From the NCBI GenBank assembly GCA_050950765.1, contig JBMNIF010000002.1, positions 11,738 to 75,737 on the forward strand: 64,000 nucleotides of DNA. The letters run 5' to 3'. Source of the stretch: Bdellovibrionota bacterium. GTDB lineage: Bacteria; Bdellovibrionota_C; UBA2361; JAAYZI01. The translations under genes and the position numbers were made by a program. A model generated the notes under the pieces. It was not told the origin of the DNA. It did no database searches and was given only the letters and a program-made list of their open reading frames with translations. The first letter of the stretch is position 1. Each line of letters begins with the position of its first letter. Below are positions 50,669 to 60,227 of the stretch, piece after piece.

Positions 50669-52006
50669 ATGCAAGAAGAAAATCACGGAAACAACAACGA
50701 GTTGGAGAATAATCAAACTTCTGAAGTAGCAGAAACAGAGCAGAAGAACAGTATTGAGCACGTTTATTTTGAAGTTGGCAATGATCTGACCTCAAAACCG
50801 AATGCTTTGGCTGACCTCATTCAAACAGTGGAATATCCACACGTTGAAGTGTTTTGTAACAGTCCATCCGAAGCCGATTTTGTTGATGCTATCCTCAGGA
50901 AACGTAATATCCCTTGCGGGAAATTGATCGGTCACGTTCCGTACTCAAAGATCTCTCAAACTTTACATCAGTTAAATACGGGATCTCTTAATGTTATTAT
51001 CGTCACCGATATCTCTGCAAATGAGATTGACCCAGGTCAGTTTGATATCAGCATTAACTATGCCATTCACGAAGATCCTGAGATCTATCTGCACCGTTGC
51101 ACCCCGCACTCTCAAGAGTCTAAGTTACAGAAAGTTTATAGCTTGGTTGGACCTCTTGATTTCGGAAACTTTCACTATCTTAAGAAAGTTGTCGATTTTG
51201 AATTTTCAAAAGGTGCCTTACCTACTAAAGATGATGTAGCAAAAAGTGAAGCAGAGCGTCTCTTTACAAGAGCTGTTCAGAGCCCTCACGGTAAAGATGC
51301 CGCTACGCAAGATCTTGTTGCTTTAATACAGGCGCATAAAGATTGTAACGCTATTATCGGATACCTCCTTCACAACACTATGGTTACCCTTCCGGAGTTA
51401 AGCAACAGATCATCTTCTAAACAAGATGATTCTGTGGATAATTCACGTAGGGATCGCCGTGGAGATAGAGGCGATCGTTACGATCGTAGACGTGGAGGCG
51501 ATCGTTATTCTTCACGTGATAAAGGTCGTTATGATGATTCATTTAGTGATGATAGACGCGACAATCGTCAGATGCGAGAGGAGTATGAGCCACCGAAACG
51601 TGATGTTAGGTTCTACTTAGGTCAAGGTCTCAATGATGGACTTACAGATTACGAGTTCCGTAATGTCCTAGAGAATGAACTCAACCTCACTCCAGAACAG
51701 ATTAAGCGTCTTAGTATTCGCGATAATTACGCCTTCATAGATTTTGATGAAGAGAGTTCTGAAGAGATTATTCAGAAATTGCAGGAATTAGAGCTTCCAA
51801 ATATCGGGAAACTTTTTATTCGAAAAGCTACCGTAATCAACTCACCTAGAATAAGGATCTCTGCATCTAGTGAAGATAACGATGATAATAACTTTGAGGA
51901 AGAGTCTGCTAACGATACCTTTAATGATGAAGACTCTGACAACGGTGATTGGTGTGATGCTTCTGATGAAACTACGGATTTTGCTGAAGCAGATGAAGAA
52001 GACTAA
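50669..52006 (+). CDS. DeaD/CsdA-like RNA-binding protein that lacks the N-terminal DEAD ATPase domain. It comprises a helicase-C-like domain, an RD/RG-rich region, a DbpA-type RBD and an acidic tail.
   Basis: The helicase C domain is recognisable (IIVTDISANEID...SINYA) but motif VI is degenerate (HRCTPHSQES instead of HRIGRTGRAG). The C-terminal DbpA-like RBD reads ...KRDVRFYLGQGLNDGL... Confidence 0.6.
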   Translation: MQEENHGNNNELENNQTSEVAETEQKNSIEHVYFEVGNDLTSKPNALADLIQTVEYPHVEVFCNSPSEADFVDAILRKRNIPCGKLIGHVPYSKISQTLHQLNTGSLNVIIVTDISANEIDPGQFDISINYAIHEDPEIYLHRCTPHSQESKLQKVYSLVGPLDFGNFHYLKKVVDFEFSKGALPTKDDVAKSEAERLFTRAVQSPHGKDAATQDLVALIQAHKDCNAIIGYLLHNTMVTLPELSNRSSSKQDDSVDNSRRDRRGDRGDRYDRRRGGDRYSSRDKGRYDDSFSDDRRDNRQMREEYEPPKRDVRFYLGQGLNDGLTDYEFRNVLENELNLTPEQIKRLSIRDNYAFIDFDEESSEEIIQKLQELELPNIGKLFIRKATVINSPRIRISASSEDNDDNNFEEESANDTFNDEDSDNGDWCDASDETTDFAEADEED

Positions 52007-52345
52007 TAGTCCTCTAAGGCTCTAATCAAACAAAAAGGGGGATCGTGACTAAATAAAAAACGCTCCCCCTCATCTCTCCGTTTTGTTATATAGCACTACC
52101 TACTTACGGCACTACCAACTTTGTACCAGCTATAACATTTGTACCTTTCAACTTATTTGCTTTCTGCAAGGCAGATATAGAGACTCCAAGCTTTTTACTA
52201 ATCCCCCATAAAGTATCTCCAGATCTGACAGTATAACTTCTTACCTTAGGAGACGGTGATTTTGTTGAAACACCTTGTCGTAACGTCGGAATCTTTAAAA
52301 CTTGTCCGATCCTTAAAGTATCTGATGAGATACCGTTAAGGCGTT

Positions 52346-54025
52346 TTAAATCAGAGAGAGAGACTCCGTTCTTAGTCGAAATTGAATAAAGGTATCTCCC
52401 TTTTTTACCCGATAAGTCCGAGTAACCACACCTTGCGGAGCTTGAACATTTTTTGATGTTGCTACATTAGAGTGCGGAAGCGTTATTTTTTGACCGATTA
52501 TTACAGTAGTAGACTTTAAGTTGTTAGCTTTTTTTATAGCATCAACTGAAACGCCGAACCTCTTAGCAATTCCTGATAACGTATCTCCTTTCCTTACGGT
52601 ATATGAAGTTACTTTTAAACGAGAAGGAGCTTCTGTCGTCACCTGCTGAGCAGCGCCACCTTTTACTATTAAACGTTGCCCGATTCTCAAGGTATGAGAT
52701 TTCAAGCCGTTTAACTTCATTAACTGAGACACCGTCGTATTATATTTCCTAGCAAGAGAGATCAATGTATCTCCCTTTCTGACCTTATACGTGATGCCGC
52801 CATAAACAGAGCTGGCAGCAGGTGCCATTGGCTCTACCTGCGCTAAGTTAGCAACATATACACTAGCTTGTGGAGGAATTTTAAGGTTATACCCCCGCGG
52901 TAGGCGCGCTCTACCTGACCAGATCGGCGCAAGTAAGCCGTAATTAAGTGGAATCAGATCATGTTTTGAGATATGTAGCTGCCTTGTTAAATATTCAATA
53001 GAGGCGGAGTTTTTTAGTTTTAACTCAACAAAGGAAAGGGGACGTTCTATCTTTAGATTCGGGAAATAACTCTCCTTTTTCTCATAAACAGCCAGAGCCT
53101 GCTAAAAAATTCAGGGTAAAAATTATTCGAAGCAAAACCTAATAAACGTTGGGTGCGGTGCTCCACTATCTGCGTAATATCTTTTGTACCTAAAGTTTTA
53201 ACCTTACGCGCCACACCTGTTACACCGTGATTATAAGAAGTTATAGCGAGTGGCCAAGTACCCAAAACTCCATAAGCGTGTTTCAGATAAGCTGCAGCTG
53301 CACGTGAAGCTTCTATCACATCCAGCCTTTCATCAATCATGTTATTTAACCATCATCTTATACGATCTGGCAGTGGCAGGCATAAATTGCCAGATACCAG
53401 CGGCACCAACCGAGCTACGCACAGAATAATCAAAAGAAGACTCTACAAATGGGAGTCTTGTTAACTCTTTCGGCAAGCCAGCTTCTTTAACAAAGATATC
53501 TTCAATATGTGAAAGATATAATCCAGAACGCTCTAAAGCTTCTCGATAACGCTCTTTAATCCCCCTCTGTGAACGGATTAGATCGTTTTTAAAAAGATCC
53601 TCGTATTTCTTCGAACCACTCCCCAAAAAAGCCATTCTTCGCGCCATAGTTTTTTCAAGTTCTGAAACAGGTCGCTCTCCTTTAGCCAGACGTCTAGCCG
53701 CCCCTTCAACTATGGCAACATGTTTTTTTATCTCCTCTTTCTTATATTTTTCCAGAGCAACTTTATTCATTTTTTTAGCTGCAGTGTAAAAATCAAGAAC
53801 CATAAAAACGACTTGTGGATAAGCACGGTGATGGATTACCTCGTGGTTGTCACCGTAGCGCGTAAAGATATCTATCCAAAAATTAACACGTGGCTGGAGC
53901 CCCTTTGGCACTATAAAAGCGGCGTTACGTGTCTGCACTCTATTTTGAGAATAAAGTGGTAGTGCTGTAAAAAAAAGTATCATCGATACAAAAACAACAG
54001 ATAACCTTCTCATCTTTCTCTTCAT
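52346..54025 (-). pseudogene. MltD-like lytic transglycosylase (signal peptide, SLT domain, 3 LysM repeats) broken into three ORFs: 53342-54025, 53053-53340 and 52346-52828.
   Basis: The SLT motif ...AAGIWQFMPATARSY... ends in a stop with a frameshift at about 53340. The continuation reads ...IDERLDV...ITSYNHGVTG... Three LysM repeats lie downstream in the same orientation. Confidence 0.5.
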
Positions 54026-55392
54026 TTCACCTGATCTAAAATTACCTTAATAATTTTCTCCTCTACCTCCCACTTTTTAGAATGTGATAATCCATTGTTT
54101 TGCAAAATAGCAAAAGCATATTTTTTATTTATTCCTTTAATATAGCCTGCTAAAGCGCTAACTCCATCAATCGAGCCAGTTTTAGCTTTTATCACTGCGT
54201 GGGGGAACTTTAGTTTTCTTAATTTTAATGTTCCGCTTTCACCTCCTACTGCTAAAGATTTTTCAAATTCAGTTGAAATATATATATCGCTCCAAGCTTC
54301 TTGCAGAAGTCGTGTGATAATCCTCGCAGAGAGGCGATTATTATGACTAAGCCCTGAAGCATCTACGATATTATATTCAGAGCGCTTACCCAAAGAAGCG
54401 GCAAGCCCCCTAAGGCGATTTAATCCTACTTCTCGTTCTTTGGCTTTTATGTGAACGGTATCCAACGCAACCACAAGTTGTTCTGCCGTGAAGTTATTAC
54501 TGAACCTGTTCATATCCTCCACGATCTGACTAAGTGGTTTTGAGTACAGCACGAAAAATTGCTGCGCTTTCGCAGAAACCACTCCACTTCTTGAAACGGA
54601 CTGCACTTGAATACCTAAATCATTTAAAAAAGCCTTAAAGACAGCCGCAAGATAATCTTCAGGACAAGCTAAACTGCGGTAAACATTTTGACAAGTCGTT
54701 CCACGCACAATTTGTCCAGAAATGTGATATCTCCCCGCCACTCCACACTGCCCTGTGCCCCGATCTGTGATCTTAAAACCGTTCCCCCTATTTGTGGTGG
54801 TTTGAATCTCCCCTACTATGTCAGTTCTGTACTCCCACGGATCTTGTCTTACAAAGGCAGGTTGTCCGAGTGCAGCAGGACAAACCTCAAAGGTAAGAGA
54901 ATTAAAATTAAACGGCAAGCCGGATCCCCCCGCTTCATAAGCCCTCTCACCACTTCTTTTATTAACTGTTTTATATACAGAAGAATCCAGTATCAGGTGT
55001 TTTATCTGTTTTATACCACGCCGCTTTACAGCTCTGGCGAGTATCCAAAGTTGTTCAGTTGTTAAAGTCGGATCTCCCGAACCTATTATATAGAGAGAAT
55101 CCGCAACACCTCCTACCTCTCCTTGAAGAGATAATCTTGTTTGGAAACGATATTCCGACCCCAAAACTTTTAAAGCAGAATGTGCAGTCAAAAGCTTCAT
55201 AACGCTGGCAGGTTTAGCAGGTGTCGTCTCATTTAGAGCATAAACACTTTTAGCGTTATCAAGATCTACAACGGAGATATAAACCCCGTTAATATCTTTT
55301 ATAATCTTATTTAAAGTTACAGGAAGAGTCTCTGCCACAACAGGCGCTGCGCTGAACAAGACCCAGAATAGACCGATAAAAAATACCTTCAT
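54022..55392 (-). CDS. dacB: D-alanyl-D-alanine carboxypeptidase/endopeptidase PBP4 (S13 family).
   Basis: Signal peptide, the SxxK motif (ASVMKLLT) and a size of about 456 aa. Overlaps the mltD-like gene start by 4 bp. Confidence 0.7.
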   Translation of the reverse strand: MKVFFIGLFWVLFSAAPVVAETLPVTLNKIIKDINGVYISVVDLDNAKSVYALNETTPAKPASVMKLLTAHSALKVLGSEYRFQTRLSLQGEVGGVADSLYIIGSGDPTLTTEQLWILARAVKRRGIKQIKHLILDSSVYKTVNKRSGERAYEAGGSGLPFNFNSLTFEVCPAALGQPAFVRQDPWEYRTDIVGEIQTTTNRGNGFKITDRGTGQCGVAGRYHISGQIVRGTTCQNVYRSLACPEDYLAAVFKAFLNDLGIQVQSVSRSGVVSAKAQQFFVLYSKPLSQIVEDMNRFSNNFTAEQLVVALDTVHIKAKEREVGLNRLRGLAASLGKRSEYNIVDASGLSHNNRLSARIITRLLQEAWSDIYISTEFEKSLAVGGESGTLKLRKLKFPHAVIKAKTGSIDGVSALAGYIKGINKKYAFAILQNNGLSHSKKWEVEEKIIKVILDQVK

Positions 55393-55498
55393 GGATCCAC
55401 CCCCGAAAAACGATTTACCCTCAGGATCGTCAACTTTTTAATAGTTTTTTATCCCTTACACGGAATTTTTCCGTGCCCACTTTAACTTAACATAACAT

Positions 55499-56742
55499 TT
55501 ATAAAGTGGAGAGTCCCTCGTTATCACGGTAATCTAGAAAAACCTCTTCTGTGGTGGGGAGATCAAAAATACCGTTTGTAGCGGGTGGTAGAAGCTCTTT
55601 TAATTTATAGACATTTGCACCGCAGGTATAACAATTACACTTGGAAAAATGATAACAGAGACAGATCTTATCATTTATCACACCGAGATCTTTCTGCGAT
55701 GGTACACCGTTTAAAGCGTTCTGATAAGCATCAAGGTACTGACAGGTGCCGTTATCATTCAAGACGTATCCGAACAATTCACAGTTCGGTTTAACATTAG
55801 AAGCGAGACAGGGGCTATTTTTCAATAATCGAATCGGATAACCTGTTGGTGAAACGTGCGAAACCACCACATCTTCCTTTTTAGCGTGCAGATATGCTTG
55901 TTTAGCAACATCGGGCAATCCCGACTCCTTTGTAATAGCGAAACGAGTTGCTACCTGCACACCAGAAGCGCCGAGTTCCATCAGCTTTACGGCATCTTGC
56001 CCTCCAAAGACACCCCCTGCCGCCAAAACAGGGATATTGATATCTTTCTCTTTCATATAAGCTAGCAGCTCTTGTAATAACGTGCACAGATTGTAATCCG
56101 CCCAATCATCTCCGAAGCCGAGGTGTCCACCCGCTAAAGGTCCTTCCAAAACGATATAATCAGGTAATCTACCGGCACGCCCCGCACTCCGTAAAAATAT
56201 CGCTAAGGCGCGGTAACTTGAGACAACAATCCCTATCTTTACATGTTTTGCTTTCGGGTTAGTGACAACCATTCCCATGCTGTATTGATGTAATCCAGCA
56301 GAAAATGTAATCCCATCGATTCCACCATCTATTGCTGCGTTGATGCGTGCATTTAAAGTTTCTTTGGGCAGAGGCCATAGTCAACTTTTCCATAATATTG
56401 ATGAAGATGGCGCCGCTACCCTGTTTTTTATCCATAGCCTTACGCACATGTAATAACTGCGCCTCCCTAACCTCTTCTGGATTAAATTTAATATTAGTTT
56501 TATCGAAAAAAAGATCGTTGATCTATCGGAAAACGGCGTGCCTTATTTACAGAAAATGAAGTGCCGTATTTATGATCGCAAACATCTCCAACCATAGCAT
56601 CAGAGATGTGCCCTATTCCTCCAAGTCTACTTGCTTCTGCAGCCATCTCCGGCGTTGAGATATTAACTCCCATACCACCTATCATAATGGGAACGAACTC
56701 CTGACCTGCAATCTTTAAGGTATAATCAGCTACTTTTTTCAT
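55499..56742 (-). pseudogene. Nitronate monooxygenase/FabK-like FMN oxidoreductase interrupted by two frameshifts.
   Basis: N-terminal ...PIMIGGMGVNISTPEMAAEASRLGGIG..., middle ...VRKAMDKKQGSGAIFINIME... and C-terminal ...AAGGVFGGQDAVKLMELGASGVQVATRF... lie in three different frames. One shift is at an A7 tract (56506-56512) and the other at about 56335. Confidence 0.55.
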
Positions 56743-57200
56743 ACTTCTTTATCTCAACTTTTCTAGATACCCTCGTTACATCGTTGTAATTACCGTTAGC
56801 CATCGCAGAAAAACGGTAAGACATCAGGCGTTTATAGGATTTAAAAAATCAAATACACCAACGTGCACCATTTAGTATCTATTTTGCAACGTTATCCCAT
56901 AAGAGATCCAGCATCAAAACAACAATAAACCGTACATTGTACGGTTTGTTCTTTTCCACCCAAAACCTTTCCGCACTCTTTTTATCTATTCCCAACTTTC
57001 AAGCGTCTTTTATGCTCTTTTTTTCTATTTCAAGTCCCCCTCAAAAAAATATTAGCTTTGTAAGACCCTTACAATTATTCTCTTACAATTATCTTTTTGC
57101 TTAACAACCGTTTTCTGCGCTATATTAGAGACCAGAATTTAAAAAGATTCTGTAACTTCCCGTTGCTTAATTGTTGTATCTCTTTAATTTGGGAATATTG

Positions 57201-59953
57201 ATGAGAACGTTCTATATCTACGCCGGACGAAATACAGGGAATCCCGTTGCTAACATGATTATCACAACGGAATGTCAATTGTGGCCCTGGGAATATTTTC
57301 GAGAGATGCTGGACAAGATGGCAGGAGGATTTTCAGGGATCCGTTTTTTCCGGCTCTTTTTTTACCCCGCAAAGGGGTTTGCTATATCGCTCTAACAACA
57401 GACGATGCCTCAGCAGATCTTTTAGTCCAATCCTTTTATTCAGCCTTAGAGTTTACCTTCCCAGGTGTGGAGATACATGAAGGTCCAGATTTTATAGATG
57501 AGATAACTCCTGATATGGAGCTAGCTTCTACGGAGTTGTATTTCAAGCGTAGCTTTATCTATCCAACTACGACCGGTAAGACATTAAAGGTCAACCCTCT
57601 CGCCCCACTAGCTAACACCATGATAAACTTTCCTCCTGAAGATAGAGTCATCGTGCAAACTATCATAACCCCTCTTAAGGATGACGCCTTTTTACAATTC
57701 TACATTGCAAGAAGTAGAGCGATCGATCGTTTTACGCATAAATTTGAAGCTAAATACTGGTTTAAAAGAGATGCTGTGCCATACATTCATGAAAAAATAG
57801 AAGAAAAGTGCAAATCCAGAATTTACCAAGTAACTATTCGCTTAGCTGCTTTTAAAGAGTGTGAACAAACTCCTGCTGCAAAGAAGGAGATGCGTGAATT
57901 GTTGAAAAAACGGCTTCATTCAATGATCGGCGCATACGCTATTTTAAATGATTCAGACCTTAATACGTACCTCCCGACACCTGTTGTCTACGGTGAACGT
58001 GCTTTAAAACCGTTAAAAAACCGCACCTTCGGACGTAAGGTCTTACTCTCTCCGATTGAACTTGCAGCCGCTTGGCACCCCACAGGGGACTTCTCCAATA
58101 TGCCAAAGGTATTATCAAGACACTACGCTCCACCGCCAGATATGCCGCAGGAAGAAGGAGATCCGAATGTCTGTTTTTTTGCTCGCACTAATTACAGAGA
58201 AACAAAAGTTCCTTTCGGATTTAGTCGTCCCGATCGTAGAAAACACCTTTATGTACTCGGCAAATCTGGAACTGGAAAATCCTGTATGTTGCAACTACTC
58301 ATTAAGAACGACATGGAGAATGGGCACGGTGTAGGCGTAATAGATCCGCATGGAGATCTGATAAGTAATCTTTTAAAACTTGTTCCAAAAAACAGGGTTG
58401 ATGATGTTATTATTTTGGATCCCTCAGACAGAGATTTTCCCGCTAGCTTTAATCCGTTAGCTTGGGTACCGGAGCCTCTAAGAACGCCTGTCACATTAGG
58501 AATCGTCGCTATTTTTAGGAAGTTATTAGGTGAGAGGTGGAACGAACATATAGACTATTTAGTACGTGTTACCGTCTTGGCTTTACTCAGTACTCATGAT
58601 GCTACTTTACTCTCAATCCCGAAGATCCTGACAGATGAAAAGTACAGGGCAACAGTAGCGAGTGCCGTAAGCGATGACGGCATCAGAAAATTCTGGCTAT
58701 ACGCTTTTGATTCATGGTCAGAGGATCATCAAGCCGATGCCATAATTCCACTTATAGACGTTTTACGCCACTTCTTATCATCAGACATGATCAGAAATAT
58801 CGTCGGGCAACCTGTAAATCGCTTTGATTTCAGGTCTATTATGGATGATAAAAAGATCCTACTTGTTAAAGTTTCAAAAGGGCTGCTCGGAGATGAAAAT
58901 GCTACCCTCTTCGGCGCTCTCGTTGTTAGCAAGATCTATCAAGCTGCTATGTCAAGAGCTGACATTCCGCAGGAAGAAAGGAAAGATTTTTATTTTTACA
59001 TCGATGAATTCCAAACTTTTGCAGCTGAAAACGTTAAAGATATGTTGGCAGAATCACGCAAATATCACCTTAACTTAACTTTGGCACATCAATTTTTACA
59101 GCAGCTGCCGAGCGATGTTAGCAACACCATCTTCGGTAATGTCGGGAATGTTGTTACATTTTGCGTCAGTGGAGATGATGCCGATGTTGTTACAAAAGAG
59201 TTATTAAACGAGTTTGACCTTGTGTCATTAACAAATCTGCCGCTCCGAGAGTTCTATGTAAAGATGTTGGTTAATGATAAATCCACTAAGCCTTTTTCAG
59301 GAACAACTTTAACGGTTGAATATCCGGAGGATAGCTGCGCTGATGAGTGTGTTACCGCCTCCAGAAGTCAATATGCCGTACCTCTAAAACAGGCTGAAGA
59401 CATGATACTTCGTTGGGAAAAAGGGGATAATTTTATTGTTAGACCTGAGGTATTTGGAGAGCCTACTCTCGATCTACGTCAACATCTGAGGTATTACGGA
59501 ACTGTCTTACAACTTTCAGATCTAAATATTACTGATGAACACTTATTGCAATTAAGCCACACTGCTTTTGATAATGTTAAAAAATTGGTGCTGACTAATA
59601 CACGCATTACAGATAAGGGATTAACCTCGATAGCTAATTTACGAAACCTTACTCAACTCTTCCTTGACGGTACTGATATTACTGACAGCGGCTTAAAAGC
59701 GATCACAGTTTTGCCACGACTACGCATTCTAAATCTTAGTAGGACAGCAGTTTCAGCGCTAGGACTTGCGCCCTTACGAAGTTCCAAGATTAGAAAACTA
59801 ATTCTACGAGAAACTAAGGTAACCGATAACGGATTAAACTACCTGACTGAATTTAAACGGCTATCAGAAGTGGCGTTAGAAAGAACTGCTATTTCTGATA
59901 AGGCGCTCGATCAACTCTGTTCGAACTTACCAAATGTTAATATTCACGCCTAA
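57201..59953 (+). CDS. Large protein, copy 1: unknown N-terminal domain (about 320 aa), a HerA/TraD/VirD4-like P-loop ATPase and C-terminal leucine-rich repeats. There is an N-terminal frameshift at about 57345-57365, and the intact 893-aa ORF starts at 57272.
   Basis: Walker A YVLGKSGTGKS, then VIDPHGDL. Walker B ...FYFYIDEF... followed by ESRKYHLNLTLAHQF, which fits the TraG-D_C/HerA pattern. About 6 LRRs of the type L..L.L..T.ITD.GL. The conserved start MRTFYIYAGR lies in another frame than the long ORF. Confidence 0.7.
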
Positions 59954-60227
59954 GGAGCAGAACCGTTAGGGTATTTTTTCGCTATTTAATAAGCTAATAA
60001 GAGAGTCATTATAAAAACAATAAAAAAGCGTACATTGTACTGTTTTTCTTTATGAAAACTCTCCTTCCAAAAAGCATTAATTTTGTAAGATCTTAGGATT
60101 GCTCTCTTACAATTAACTTTTTGCTTAAAGACCGTTTTCTGCGCTATATTAAGCACAGGATTTTTTAAAAAAAAGATTCTGTAACTTCCCATTACTTAAC
60201 CTGTTATTTCTTATTTTAGGAATATTG

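Noticed and set aside
57171-57395. Separate 74-aa gene upstream of ATPase-LRR copy 1.
   Set aside because: Its sequence (MRTFYIYAGR...) is the conserved N-terminus of the ATPase-LRR protein, as shown by copy 2 where it is in frame. It is a frameshifted N-terminus, not an independent gene.
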